Shown here: positions 27,458 through 37,282 of the stretch, piece by piece | How positions within the stretch are numbered: the first letter of the stretch is position 1 | How the letters are laid out: each line of letters opens with the position of its first letter | From: an uncultured Thermoplasmata archaeon | GTDB taxonomy: Archaea; Thermoplasmatota; Thermoplasmata; Lutacidiplasmatales; UBA184 | DNA: 64,000 bases | Direction: 5' to 3' | NCBI GenBank assembly: GCA_963730815.1 | Contig: CAVSTD010000001.1 | Span: forward strand, 211,941-275,940 | Program-made: the position numbers and the translations under genes | The notes under the pieces: model-generated | Database searches by the model: none | Told to the model about the DNA's origin: nothing | The model's input: only the letters and a program-made list of their open reading frames with translations

Positions 27458-28719
27458 CGAACGGGCGTCGCCTGCGTCCCTGGGCGATCGAGGAACGACG
27501 GCGGGTCGTTCGCGACCTGCGGAGCTGGGCGGGGGCGGGCGGAGGGGAGGCCCTTCGGTCGTATCTGGGCTCTCCCGTCGAGGTCCTCGGAGTCCGAGTC
27601 CCCGACCTTCGACGGCTGGCGAAGGCGACGGCGCGCCGGAGCGTGACCCGGCCCCTTCCCGAAGCCCGGGCGTTGGCGGAGTCGCTCTGGCACGGAAAGA
27701 TCTACGAGGAGAAGGCGGTGGCCATCGAACTTCTCGGGCTTCGGCCGCTCGCGGAAGATGATGCCGTCTGGAAACTTGCGGCTCGCTGGGTGGACGACGC
27801 GACCGGCTGGGCCCTCTCGGACGGCCTCGCGGCGGGCCCGATCGCCACGCAAGTGGCCGAACGCCCCGAACGTTTTGCCGAGCTTCTCGTCTGGGTCAAG
27901 TCCCCGAACATTTGGCGTCGCCGGGCCTCTACGTATGCGCTCCGAGCCTGGGTGCGCGCCGGCGAGCTCGACCGACCGTTCCGCCTCCTCGAACGCCTCT
28001 TGGACGACCCGGAGCGATGGGTCCAGCGCGCGGTCGGCACGTGGCTCCGGGAGTGTTGGAAGAAGGACCGCGCCCGGACGGAACGATTCCTGCGCCGCGA
28101 GGTCCGACGCCTCGCCCCAGTGACGTTGACCGTCGCGACCGAACGAGCTCCCAAGGTCTTCCGCGAGGAGCCTTCGACGCTCGAACGGGCACCGTCGCGC
28201 GGGGCGGCGAGGGTATTAGATTCCTGGCCCCCTGCCCCCGCGATGCTTCTCGGTCACGGGGAGAGCTTGTTGCGAAGCGCCTACGCCGTCGCGGACGGCG
28301 GCGAGGGAGCCGCATCACCGAAGGGCCCCGGGGTCCTATACGTGACCACCGTCCGGATCATCTTCGAGGCACCGGTGAGCCGAAGCCGGATCACTCGCCG
28401 CTCGGCCGGCGAAACCGAGATCCAGCTCGATGTTTCGCTGCACGAACTGCGGAACGTGTCCGTGCGTCGAGGCCGCTTTGCCCGGCCGCGCCTCGTGCTC
28501 GAACTGCACCAGGGCCGTCCCTCCTTTGACGTCCTCGAACCCGAGGGGTGGGCGGGCACGATCGCGCAAGCGAAGCGCGCGCTCCCCGGGCCGCACGCGT
28601 CGGAGGCGAGCGTGGTGCACACGATCGAGCGGCAGGTGGTCAAGGTTCGGTGCCGCTTCTGCGGCGCCCTCGGTAACGAGGTCGACGGGCGATGCCCGTC
28701 GTGCGGTGCCCCGCTTTAG
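27451..28719 (+). CDS. AlkD-like HEAT-repeat DNA alkylation repair domain, continuous (as assembled) with a PH-like domain and C-terminal zinc ribbon
   Basis: This is the tail of track ORF 26455..28719, after the M2 peptidase stop. A TTG at 27451 is the only plausible start. Residues up to about 28190 look like the DNA alkylation repair (AlkD/AlkC-type HEAT) family (VKSPNIWRRRASTYAL, ERWVQRAVGTWLRE). From ATG 28243 the sequence (GVLYVTTVRIIFEAP...LVLELHQG...CRFCGALGNEVDGRCPSCG) looks like a separate PH/GRAM-like + zinc-ribbon module. Confidence 0.6.
   Translation: MVANGRRLRPWAIEERRRVVRDLRSWAGAGGGEALRSYLGSPVEVLGVRVPDLRRLAKATARRSVTRPLPEARALAESLWHGKIYEEKAVAIELLGLRPLAEDDAVWKLAARWVDDATGWALSDGLAAGPIATQVAERPERFAELLVWVKSPNIWRRRASTYALRAWVRAGELDRPFRLLERLLDDPERWVQRAVGTWLRECWKKDRARTERFLRREVRRLAPVTLTVATERAPKVFREEPSTLERAPSRGAARVLDSWPPAPAMLLGHGESLLRSAYAVADGGEGAASPKGPGVLYVTTVRIIFEAPVSRSRITRRSAGETEIQLDVSLHELRNVSVRRGRFARPRLVLELHQGRPSFDVLEPEGWAGTIAQAKRALPGPHASEASVVHTIERQVVKVRCRFCGALGNEVDGRCPSCGAPL
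28214..28219 (+). promoter_or_regulatory. possible internal TATA-like element (TATTAG) before ATG 28243
   Basis: GGGTATTAGATTCC is a conspicuously AT-rich island inside a GC-rich ORF, 29 nt upstream of an in-frame ATG. It has the same geometry as the TATA-to-start spacing seen at lonB and the tRNAs. Confidence 0.25.
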
Positions 28720-28935
28720 GCGACGTTCTCCCGGCTCAGAACGGCCATTGCCGGAAGAGCCGGCGGAATCCCTTGTTGGTCCGGCATGCCGGCCAGCGCT
28801 CCCAGCGCGTAGGTGCGGGCGGTGACGGCCGTCGACTCTCGCGAGGGATTAAATGAAGGCGGCCGATGGGACCGGGGCCAGCCGCCCGCTCGGCGGTCGA
28901 CGACCCGGAGCGGCGCGGTCCGAAGGAGAAGCTCC

Positions 28936-30099
28936 ATGATCTCGGCCATCGTGCTCGCCGCCGGCAGCTCCTCCCGCATGGGCGAACCCAAACCCCTTGT
29001 CGCTCTCGGGGGCCGCGCGTTGCTTTCCCACGTCCTTGAGACTCTCCGAGGTTCCCGAGTCGAAGGTATCGTGCTCGTGCTCGGCGACTCGGCGTCGCGA
29101 GTCCGACACGAACTCCCGTTAGAGGGGGTGACGGTGGTGGAGAATCCCTCCTACCGGGAGGGGATGAGCTCGTCCCTTCGGAAAGGGATCGCCGCGCTCG
29201 ATCCAGCGGCCGAGGCGTTCTTCGTGGTCCTCGGGGACGAGCCGTTCGTCCGTTCGGAAACCTTCGACGCGCTGATCGCGGCGCGCGAAGCATCGGCGTC
29301 CCGGATCATCCTTCCCACCTACGGAGGGGTTCGCGGGAACCCGGTGCTCCTCGATCGGTCGCTCTCGGCGGAGGCGGACCGCCTGACGGGCGATCGGGGG
29401 TGCCGCGCCCTGCACGAACGGCATCCTACCGAGACCCGCGAGGTTCCCGTCGACGACCCCGGCGTTCTGATCGACCTCGACACTCCGGAGGAGGTTGAAC
29501 GCGCTCGAGAGACCCTCCGCGAGGGCCGCCCGCTGTCCGCGCTGGTGGAGGAGTTCGCGCGTCGGCCCCTGGAACCGGGGCGGCCCTCGTCCGTGGCGAA
29601 CCCTACGAACCCGGCAGGGAAAGCCCCGGCGGAAGGCCCCGGGGGGGCCGCTCAGCAGCTGGTCGTCATCGGAGATTCTCGCGTCTCGGAGAGCCTCTGC
29701 GTCCTCGGACGTCTTCTCGGCTTCCGTGTGATCATGGCCGGGCCCGACCTCGAACCTACCCGCTACCCGAGCGCCGACGAGCTGGTGCGGGATGTCGATG
29801 AACTCACCCCTCGTCTGGATTCCTCGACCTACGCCGTGGTGGCGACGATGGCGGCGTACGATGTTCGGCTCTCGCGACCCTGCTCCGGTCTCCTGTCGCG
29901 TACGTGGGTCTCGTGGCGAACCGACGCAGGGCCGCCACGCTGCGGGACGCATTGACCGGTCGAAGGATTCTCGCCGTCCGTAGTCGCACGAATCCACAGC
30001 CCGGCGGGACTCGATATCCACGCCGAGACACCGGAGGAGATCGGACTCAGCGTGGCGGCCGACCTGGTGAGTCGGCGTAGATCAGGTCCGAAATCTTGA
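28936..30099 (+). pseudogene. mocA: MocA-like molybdenum cofactor cytidylyltransferase fused to an XdhC/CoxI-family Rossmann domain; about 90 nt internal segment out of frame
   Basis: N-terminal MISAIVLAAGSSSRMGEPKPL...VVLGDEPFV (NTP_transf_3/MocA). C-terminal QQLVVIGDSRVSESLCVLGRLLGFRV...YAVVATM (XdhC Rossmann). The conserved SALATLLRSPVAYVGLVANRRRAATLRDAL is only readable in the -1 frame between about 29865 and 29958. The frame then returns to the original for EGFSPSVVARIHSPAGLDIHAETPEEIGLSVAADLV. The original frame has a TGA at 29953. Confidence 0.75.
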
Positions 30100-30207
30100 G
30101 GAAAGCCCCGCACCTTGGGAAGTAAGTGCGCAGAGATTAGACGAAGCGCGGGCGAGAGCTACCCCCGAACCAAACAATTCGATGGGCGGGACCAGACCGG
30201 AGGCTGT

Positions 30208-30837
30208 TCAATTCCCGAATGCGGGAGGAACTTCGGAACCTTGGGCGGAGAAGAAGCTCACCGACCCCACGGTGTCGGGGCCGGACGGGCGCAACGCATC
30301 GACTGCGTGGACGAGCAGCTCGTACGCGGCGTCCTCGGCCTCGTTCGGGTCGTCGCCGGAAGTCTCCGTCCGTACGTACACCCGGAGAACGCCCCGGTCG
30401 ATGCCGAGGAGAACGTAATCCGCTCCGTCCCGACGCGCCCACGCGAGGAGCCGCCCGGGAGGACCCTCGACCACTCCGACCCATCGGAGGGAACCGAACC
30501 AACGGCCCGACAGGCGACCGAGCACCGAGTCGGGAGGCGCTCCGGGAGGAAGGTCCACCTGAGCGATGGAGCGAAGGTCGGTCGATGGCGGGACGGTCCC
30601 CCGGGGCAGTTCGCCCAGCGCGCGATACCCACCGTCCGAGCGCTCCACCAATCCTTCTCGCTCGAGGCGCCGGAGGGAACGGGACAGCGACTCGGGATGC
30701 GCGTGCAGTACTCGACGAAGGCCGCTGAACGCGATCCGACCGTGGAGCCCGTGGAGCGTCGAGAGGATCCGCTCGTCGAGCCCGCCGGTGCGTTCGACGG
30801 AGGACTCGTCCCGGAGCGACGGCATCATCCCCTCCAC
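30208..30837 (-). CDS. winged-helix transcriptional regulator with uncharacterised C-terminal domain
   Basis: The N-terminal ILSTLHGLHGRIAFSGLRRVLHAHPESLSRSLRRLEREGLVERSDGGY is a typical wHTH (ArsR/MarR-like). The rest has no recognisable motif. Confidence 0.55.
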   Translation of the reverse strand: MEGMMPSLRDESSVERTGGLDERILSTLHGLHGRIAFSGLRRVLHAHPESLSRSLRRLEREGLVERSDGGYRALGELPRGTVPPSTDLRSIAQVDLPPGAPPDSVLGRLSGRWFGSLRWVGVVEGPPGRLLAWARRDGADYVLLGIDRGVLRVYVRTETSGDDPNEAEDAAYELLVHAVDALRPSGPDTVGSVSFFSAQGSEVPPAFGN

Positions 30838-30989
30838 GAGGCCGAGCGTTTTTAATCGGTCGGTTACGCCGTCGTTACCAGCTCTACCTCAGCCGGAGCC
30901 GCCGGGATGTGACTGGCCCGGAAGCGACCCGGTCAATATCCTCCCCCTGACCGTGAGGGCGATCGGAACGAAGGTTCCGAGGAAATCCA

Positions 30990-31244
30990 ATGAGCGAAAC
31001 CGAGAACGACTGTGAGCCGGGCGGAGCGAATTTCGGGCCGTGGGTCTGGTCGGCCTATCGGGCCTACAACGAGCTGCTCCGAGAGAAAGTGAAGAAGCGG
31101 TTCGACGCCCAGGAGGGCCCCTGGATGGACAAAGTCGCCGACCTGCTCGTGCAGGTCGTCAACGCGCGCTGGGAAGGCGGCCGCAAGAAGGAGAAGGAGC
31201 TCGAGGAGATCTATCAGCGTCTCGAGCAGCTCCTCTCGGAGTGA
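30990..31244 (+). CDS. small acidic/basic helical protein (hypothetical)
   Basis: 84-aa ORF with balanced, coding-like composition (WSAYRAYNELLREKVKKRFDAQEGPWMDKVADLLVQVV...KELEEIYQRLEQLL). Located directly upstream of the HtrA-like gene on the same strand. Confidence 0.45.
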   Translation: MSETENDCEPGGANFGPWVWSAYRAYNELLREKVKKRFDAQEGPWMDKVADLLVQVVNARWEGGRKKEKELEEIYQRLEQLLSE

Positions 31245-31358
31245 GGACGATGCAGACCCCCCTCCCGCTGCATCCCATGCCGGCCCCGCCGGCCGGCCCC
31301 GAGCCGATGTTGCCCGGACGCCGGAGCCGAGCGTAAGTCCGAAGGAGCGAACCGAGCG

Positions 31359-32318
31359 ATGCCGCTGAGCGAGTTCGAGAGTCGGATCACGACCGCGGTG
31401 GAGGCGGTCGGACCGAGCGTCGCCGGGATCGAAAGCCTCCACCTCGGACGCCGACGGGGGAGCTCGCCCTTCGGCGCTCCGGCGCGGGCGACCGCCGTCG
31501 TGATCGACCCCGCGGGATACCTCATCACGAACCAACACGTCGTCGAGGGAGCCGCCCAGATCCGCGTCCACCTTCCCGATGGTCGCGACCTCCCGGGAGA
31601 GGTGGTCGGCGGGGACGAGGCGACCGACGTCGCGGTCGTCAAAGTGGATGGCATCGACCTGCCTCCCGCCCGTTTGGGAGCCTCCGAGAACCTGCGGGTC
31701 GGTCAGCTCGTGCTCGCGGTCGGGCACGCCCTCGGCCTACCGGGGGGACCGACCGTTTCCGTCGGGGTGGTGAGCGCCCTCGGCCGGCCCCTCCCCGGTT
31801 CGGACTTCATCTTCGAGGGACTGATCCAGACGGACGCCGCGATCAACCCGGGGAACAGCGGAGGACCGCTCGTTGACCTGGACGGCGCCGTCGTCGGGAT
31901 CAACTCCGCCATGGTTCCGTTCGCCCAGGGAGTGGGGTTCGCCCTTCCGATCCATGCTGTAGCGCGGATCGCGGACGAGCTTCGTCGCCACGGGCGCGTC
32001 GTCCGTCCCTGGATCGGGGTGATGGTCGCCGAGCTCGGCCCCGACCTCGCTCGGCAGTATTCGCTCGCTCCCTGGTCCGGCCTCCTGGTCGCGGAGGTCG
32101 TGGCACGGTCCCCGGCGCACCGCGCCGGACTGCGACCGGGCGACCTCGTCCAACAGGTGGGACCGTTCGGGGTCACTCGGGTCCGGGAACTGCTCGAATC
32201 CCTCGGAAAATTCCCCGTGGGCTCGGAAGTGCAATTGACCGTTCAACGCCGGGGGGCTGCGCTCACCATGAGCGTCCCCTTGCAGGAACACCCGGAGACG
32301 ATCCCGGCCCGAGGGTAG
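31359..32318 (+). CDS. HtrA/DegP-family serine protease with PDZ domain
   Basis: Catalytic triad context NQHVVEG, DVAVVKV, GNSGGPLVDLDGAVVGINSA. The C-terminal PDZ-like segment has GLRPGDLV. No obvious signal peptide. GAAGGAG lies upstream of the ATG. Confidence 0.85.
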   Translation: MPLSEFESRITTAVEAVGPSVAGIESLHLGRRRGSSPFGAPARATAVVIDPAGYLITNQHVVEGAAQIRVHLPDGRDLPGEVVGGDEATDVAVVKVDGIDLPPARLGASENLRVGQLVLAVGHALGLPGGPTVSVGVVSALGRPLPGSDFIFEGLIQTDAAINPGNSGGPLVDLDGAVVGINSAMVPFAQGVGFALPIHAVARIADELRRHGRVVRPWIGVMVAELGPDLARQYSLAPWSGLLVAEVVARSPAHRAGLRPGDLVQQVGPFGVTRVRELLESLGKFPVGSEVQLTVQRRGAALTMSVPLQEHPETIPARG

Positions 32319-32356
32319 GTCGCCCCGACGCGGGAAAGGGTTGGAGGGGCCGGAGC

Positions 32357-34711
32357 CTAACCGGGCTTCGTCCCGCCGTGGATCACCTGCCAGACCTTCC
32401 ACGGATGGATCGGGATGTCGATGTGCTCGACCCCGTACGGACGCAGGGCGTCGACGACCGCGTTGACGATGGCGGGCGGAGCTCCGACGGTCGCGGACTC
32501 CCCGACGCCCTTCGCCCCGATCGGGTGGTGCGGCGAGGGCGTCACGGTCTTCGCGGTCTCCCAGTTCGGGGTCTCGACCGCCGTCGGCACGAGATAGTCC
32601 ATGAACGTGCCGCCGTGGATGTTCCCGTCCTCGTCGTACTGGATCTCCTCGAGGAGCGCCGGCGCGAAACCCATCGTGAGCCCTCCGTGGATCTGGCCGT
32701 CCACGATCATCGGGTTGATGATCGTGCCGCAGTCGTCCACGGCGACGAACCGCCGAATCTTCACCTGGCCCGTGTCCTTGTCGATGTCGACGACGCAGAT
32801 GTAGCTCCCGAACGGATACGTCATGTTCGGCGGGTCGTAGTAATCGACCGCCTCGAGGCCGGCCTCCATCCCCTTCGGGTGGTTCGTGTACGCCGCGAAG
32901 GCGACCTCGGCCATCGTCTTCGACTTCGTCGGGACGCCCTTGACCCGGAAGGCGTAGTCCTTCCACTCGAGGTCGTCCGGGCTCACCTCGAGCAGGTGGG
33001 CGGCGATCTTCTGCGCCTTCTCGCGGATCTTGCGGGCGGCCATCGACGCGGCGGCGCCCGCGGTCGGGGTACTGCGGCTCGCGTACGTCCCGAGTCCGTA
33101 GGGAGCCGTGTCGGTGTCCCCCTCCTCGACCCGGATGTCGTCCGCCGGGATCCCGAGCTCCTCCGCGAGGATCTGCGCGTAGGTCGTCTCGTGGCCCTGA
33201 CCCTGGGACTTCGTACCGAAGCGCGCGATCACCTTTCCGGTGGGGTGGATCCGGACCTCGGCCGAGTCGAACATCTTGATGCCGAGGATGTCGAACGTCT
33301 GGGAGGGTCCCGCGCCGACGATCTCGGTGAAGCTCGAGATCCCGATCCCCATCAGCTCGCCCTTCGCGCGCTTCTCCACCTGCTCGCGTCGAAGGCCCGC
33401 GTAGTCGATGATCTCCATCGCCTTCCGGAGGGCCCCGGCGTAGTTTCCGCTGTCGTAGGTCCAACCCAGGGCGGACTTGTACGGGAACGCCTCCGGGGGA
33501 ATGAAGTTCTGGAGACGGAGCTCCGCCGGGTCGACGTTGAGCTTGTGCGCGAGGATGTCCATCATCCGCTCGATCGTGTAGACGGCCTCGGTCACTCGGA
33601 AGGAGCAGCGGTAGGCGATCCCTCCGGGGGGTTTGTTCGTGTACGCGGCGTCGACCTCGACGAACGCTTTGGCGAACGGGTAGGAGCCCGTGATGATGTG
33701 GAACAACCCCGCCGGGAACTTCGAGGGGTTGGCCGCCGCGTCGGTATAACCGTGGTCGGCGAGGGTCTTCACCTTGAGTCCGGTGACCTTGCCGTCCTTC
33801 GTGGCCCCGACCTCGGCGTGGATGTGGTAGTCGCGGGCGAACGAATCCGCTTGCAGGTTCTCCGAGCGGTCCTCGATCCACTTCACCGGGTGTCCGGTCT
33901 TGATGGAGGCCACGGAGGCGATGACGTAGCCCGGATAGACGGGAACCTTGCCCCCAAACCCTCCGCCGATGTCCGGAGAGATCACGCGGATGTTGTGTTC
34001 GGGGAGTCCCGTGACGAGGGCGAACACCGTGCGGATGGCGTGCGGCGCCTGGGTGGTCATCCAGATCGTAAACCGGCCCGAGACCGAGTCCATGTGGGCG
34101 ATGCAGCCGCAGGTCTCCATCGACGAGACGTGGATCCGCGGGATGTAGAGGTCCTGCGCGACGCGGACATCGGAGCCGCTCAACGCCTGGTCGGTGCCGC
34201 TCTTGTCGCCGGTCTCCCAGTGCCAGATATGGTTCGACTTCTCCGCTCGGTCGGTGCGGATCACCGGGGCGCCCGGCTCGAGCGCCTTGAACGGGTTCGT
34301 CACGACGGAAAGCGGCTCGTAGTCGACCTCGACGGCAGCCGCGCCGTCCGCGGCGGCGTATCGACTGTCCGCCACGACCCCGGCCACTTCCTGGGCCTGG
34401 TACATCACGGTGTCGACGGGCAGGACCATCTGCTTGTCCGACATTAGGGTCGGCATCCAGGCGAGACCGGCCGCCTCGAGATCCTTTCCGGTGATCACAG
34501 CGAGGACACCGGGGACCTTGAGCGCCTTCTCGGTGCGGATCGCGGTGATCTTGGCGTGCGCGTAGGGGCTGCGAGTGATGTCGAGATAGAGCATCCCGGG
34601 AAGTTTCACGTCGTCGACGTAGTTGCCCTTCCCTCGGATGAACCGGGCGTCCTCCTTGCGGAGGATCGACTGGCCGATGCCGCCCTTGACGTGCGGCGCT
34701 TCGGCGCTCAT
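32357..34711 (-). CDS. coxL: aerobic-type carbon monoxide dehydrogenase large subunit, form I signature
   Basis: Molybdopterin-binding XO-family large subunit ([20 protein letters not shown]...). The active-site loop [13 protein letters not shown] matches the form-I AYxCSFR motif. The start at ATG 34711 overlaps the coxS stop (ATGA). The track ORF extends further only in non-coding-looking sequence. Confidence 0.9.
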   Translation of the reverse strand: MSAEAPHVKGGIGQSILRKEDARFIRGKGNYVDDVKLPGMLYLDITRSPYAHAKITAIRTEKALKVPGVLAVITGKDLEAAGLAWMPTLMSDKQMVLPVDTVMYQAQEVAGVVADSRYAAADGAAAVEVDYEPLSVVTNPFKALEPGAPVIRTDRAEKSNHIWHWETGDKSGTDQALSGSDVRVAQDLYIPRIHVSSMETCGCIAHMDSVSGRFTIWMTTQAPHAIRTVFALVTGLPEHNIRVISPDIGGGFGGKVPVYPGYVIASVASIKTGHPVKWIEDRSENLQADSFARDYHIHAEVGATKDGKVTGLKVKTLADHGYTDAAANPSKFPAGLFHIITGSYPFAKAFVEVDAAYTNKPPGGIAYRCSFRVTEAVYTIERMMDILAHKLNVDPAELRLQNFIPPEAFPYKSALGWTYDSGNYAGALRKAMEIIDYAGLRREQVEKRAKGELMGIGISSFTEIVGAGPSQTFDILGIKMFDSAEVRIHPTGKVIARFGTKSQGQGHETTYAQILAEELGIPADDIRVEEGDTDTAPYGLGTYASRSTPTAGAAASMAARKIREKAQKIAAHLLEVSPDDLEWKDYAFRVKGVPTKSKTMAEVAFAAYTNHPKGMEAGLEAVDYYDPPNMTYPFGSYICVVDIDKDTGQVKIRRFVAVDDCGTIINPMIVDGQIHGGLTMGFAPALLEEIQYDEDGNIHGGTFMDYLVPTAVETPNWETAKTVTPSPHHPIGAKGVGESATVGAPPAIVNAVVDALRPYGVEHIDIPIHPWKVWQVIHGGTKPG

Positions 34712-35271
34712 GGGCCACCCCCGCTCGCGGGCGGCGCCTGCATCTTCTTCCCCGCGGACTTGACCGCCTTGACGATGTTCACGTAACCTGTGCACCGGCA
34801 CAGGTTGCCGCGGATCGCGTCGCGGATCTCCGTGTCCGAGGGGTTCGGGTTGCGCTCGAGGAGGGCGGTCGCGGTCATCATCATGCCCGGCGTGCAGAAC
34901 CCGCACTGTAGCCCGTGCTCCTCGTAGAATGCCTGCTGGACCGGCGAGAGCTTCCCGCCGACCTCGAGGCCCTCCACGGTCCGGACCTGGCGACCGTTCG
35001 CCTGGACGGCGAGAACGGTGCACGACTTCACCGGTCGACCATCGAGGTGTACCGTACACGCGCCGCAGTTCGAGGTGTCGCAACCGACGTGCGTACCGGT
35101 GAGACCGAGGACCTCGCGGAGGAAGTACACGAGCAGGGTGCGCGGCTCGACCTCGGCGGTGTAAAGTTGGCCGTTGACCGTGACCTGGACCTTCGTGACG
35201 GGGCCCCCGGCGGACATGAGGGACGCCGCGGGGGAGATTGGTCGCGCCGTTGCCGCCATCGGTCTAGGCAC
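34708..35271 (-). CDS. coxS: CO dehydrogenase small subunit, [2Fe-2S]
   Basis: [16 protein letters not shown] (plant-type ferredoxin cluster) and [13 protein letters not shown]...NLCRCTGY (second cluster). The start is uncertain among ATG 35271, 35259 and 35217. Confidence 0.9.
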   Translation of the reverse strand: MPRPMAATARPISPAASLMSAGGPVTKVQVTVNGQLYTAEVEPRTLLVYFLREVLGLTGTHVGCDTSNCGACTVHLDGRPVKSCTVLAVQANGRQVRTVEGLEVGGKLSPVQQAFYEEHGLQCGFCTPGMMMTATALLERNPNPSDTEIRDAIRGNLCRCTGYVNIVKAVKSAGKKMQAPPASGGGP

Positions 35272-36139
35272 CTCCTTTGGCCCGGGCGACCGCCCGCGTC
35301 AACACCCGGTAGACGAGGACGCCGGCCATGGCTCGCTTGTATTCCGCCGGGCCGCGGAGGTCGGTGGACGGTTGCGATTCCTCCTGCGCGAGCTGGGCGG
35401 CTTGTCGGAGGTGGGCCTCGTCGGCGGGCTGGCCGACCAGCGAGGCGCCGGCTTTAGAGGCATGGATGGCGGTAGGGCCGACGCCCGTGAGGGCGATGCC
35501 GGCCGATTTCACGTTCCCGTTCTCTTCGAGAACCAGGTTGGCCGCCGCGCCGGCAATCGCAAAGTCGCCGACCCGCTTCTCGATCTTGTGATAGGCCGTT
35601 CCCTGTCGCTCGACCGATTTCGGGATGCGAACCTCCACCAGCATCTCGTTCGGTTCGACCGCCGTCACGAACGTGTCTTTGTAGAATTGTGAGGCCGGGA
35701 CCGTCCGGTGTCCGTCGGCGCCGGCAAGTGCCATGTCGGCTCCCAACGCGATCATGCACGCGGGAAGGTCGTTGCCCGGGTCGCCGTGGCAAACGTTCCC
35801 GCCGACGGTTCCGAGGTTCCGCACGAGCGGGTCGGCGATCTCCTGCGCCGCATCGGTAAGGATCGGGTAGCTCTTGTGGAGCAGCGCGGATTCGAGGAGG
35901 TCGTTTGTCCGGGTCGTCGCCCCGATCTTGAGATGGTTGCCCTCCTCCCGGATGTAGGAGAGTCCCGGGATCCGATTGATGTCGACCAGGACGGACGGAG
36001 AAGCCAGGCGGAGCTTCATCAGAGGAATGAGGCTGTGTCCGCCGGCGAGCACCTTCGCTTCACCGTGGAAACGGCTCAGCAGGGCGACCGCGTCATCGAC
36101 GGAGTTGGGTGCGTAGTACTCGAACTGCGGTGGAAACAT
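35264..36139 (-). CDS. coxM: CO dehydrogenase medium subunit, FAD-binding
   Basis: [21 protein letters not shown]...[21 protein letters not shown] is the FAD_binding_5 motif. C-terminal CO_deh_flav_C-like domain. The gene order M-S-L is typical of form-I operons. Confidence 0.9.
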   Translation of the reverse strand: MFPPQFEYYAPNSVDDAVALLSRFHGEAKVLAGGHSLIPLMKLRLASPSVLVDINRIPGLSYIREEGNHLKIGATTRTNDLLESALLHKSYPILTDAAQEIADPLVRNLGTVGGNVCHGDPGNDLPACMIALGADMALAGADGHRTVPASQFYKDTFVTAVEPNEMLVEVRIPKSVERQGTAYHKIEKRVGDFAIAGAAANLVLEENGNVKSAGIALTGVGPTAIHASKAGASLVGQPADEAHLRQAAQLAQEESQPSTDLRGPAEYKRAMAGVLVYRVLTRAVARAKGGA

Positions 36140-36295
36140 GCTCGACCTCTAGGGGGGTTCCCCCCGGGTCGCGAAGAGGTCCTGCAGTATAGCCCTTGCG
36201 AAAGTGTAACACGTCGGAGGCGGCTCGACCGCGGAGCGAGCTCAAATTCGCGGGTCCGTGGTCTATAAACGGGGAGACGGATAGAGGGAGAACAC

Positions 36296-37282
36296 ATGCT
36301 CTCGGACTCCTTCGGCCGCGAGGTCACCGACATCCGAATCAGCGTTACCAAGCGCTGCAACTTTGGGTGTATCTACTGTCACGACGAGGGTCTCGGACCG
36401 GTGAACCGACCCCGCGCGGCGCACGGCGAGGAAATGACTCCCGCCGAGGTCGAACGACTCGTCATCGTGGCGCGGGAGCTCGGGATTCGGTCGGTGAAGT
36501 TCACGGGCGGGGAGCCGCTCGTTCGCTCCGACCTCGAGGAGATCGTCGATCGCACCGTCCGCCAGATCCCCGACGTCTCCCTCACGACGAACGGCTCGAT
36601 GCTCGAGGGGCGCGCGGAGAAGCTGCGCGACGCTGGACTGAAGCGTGTGAACGTCTCGGTGGACACCACCGACCCCGAGGAGTTCCGGTCGATCCGAAAG
36701 GGCTCCCTCGCGCCGGTCCTTCGGGGGATCCGGGAGGCGCTGCGCGTCGGGCTCAAACCGGTCAAGCTCAACATGGTGGTGTTCCGGCGCACGCTCGCGA
36801 ACATCCCGGACATGATCGATTTCGTGGGATCCACCGACGGTCTCAAGCTCCAGCTCATCCAGTTCATGCCCGAGCTCGTCGACCACCGTGAATGGATGGT
36901 GGACATCGGCAGCGTCAAGCGCTGGCTCGAAGAGAACTCATCTCGGGTACTCGTCCGGGAGATGCACCATCGTAAGGTCTACATCGTGCACGGTGCGGAA
37001 GTGGAAGTGGTCGACCCTGTCTTCAATCCGGAGTTCTGTTCGCACTGTCACCGGATCCGGGTAACGCACCAGGGAGAGCTCAAGGGCTGCCTCAATCGGA
37101 AAGACGACCTGATTCCGACCCGAGGGTTGGACGATGCCGCGCTCCGAGAAGCGTTCCGTCGGGTAATCACGACCCGATTGCCGTACTACGGCGGCTACAT
37201 CACCGACTTCCCGCGGAGGACCCCGGCGTCCGACCCTCCGGCGGAGCTCCCGCGCGAGATCCCCTCGCGCGTGCGGGCATGA
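36296..37282 (+). CDS. moaA: GTP 3',8-cyclase (molybdenum cofactor biosynthesis, radical SAM)
   Basis: RISVTKRCNFGCIYCHDEG (CxxxCxxC) and a C-terminal second cluster region FCSHCHRIRVTHQGELKGCL. Confidence 0.9.
   Translation: MLSDSFGREVTDIRISVTKRCNFGCIYCHDEGLGPVNRPRAAHGEEMTPAEVERLVIVARELGIRSVKFTGGEPLVRSDLEEIVDRTVRQIPDVSLTTNGSMLEGRAEKLRDAGLKRVNVSVDTTDPEEFRSIRKGSLAPVLRGIREALRVGLKPVKLNMVVFRRTLANIPDMIDFVGSTDGLKLQLIQFMPELVDHREWMVDIGSVKRWLEENSSRVLVREMHHRKVYIVHGAEVEVVDPVFNPEFCSHCHRIRVTHQGELKGCLNRKDDLIPTRGLDDAALREAFRRVITTRLPYYGGYITDFPRRTPASDPPAELPREIPSRVRA

Noticed and set aside
32357-34711. coxL as a form-II CODH-like or generic xanthine dehydrogenase
   Set aside because: The active-site loop reads AYRCSFR (form-I motif), not AYRGAGR. 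The operon order is M-S-L with coxD/E/G nearby.
31737-34718. 993-aa minus-strand ORF and 689-aa plus-strand ORF (32378..34447) overlapping coxL and the HtrA gene
   Set aside because: Both are Arg/Gly/Asp/Pro-rich alternate or antisense frames of coxL. The coxL frame carries all the conserved molybdoenzyme motifs.
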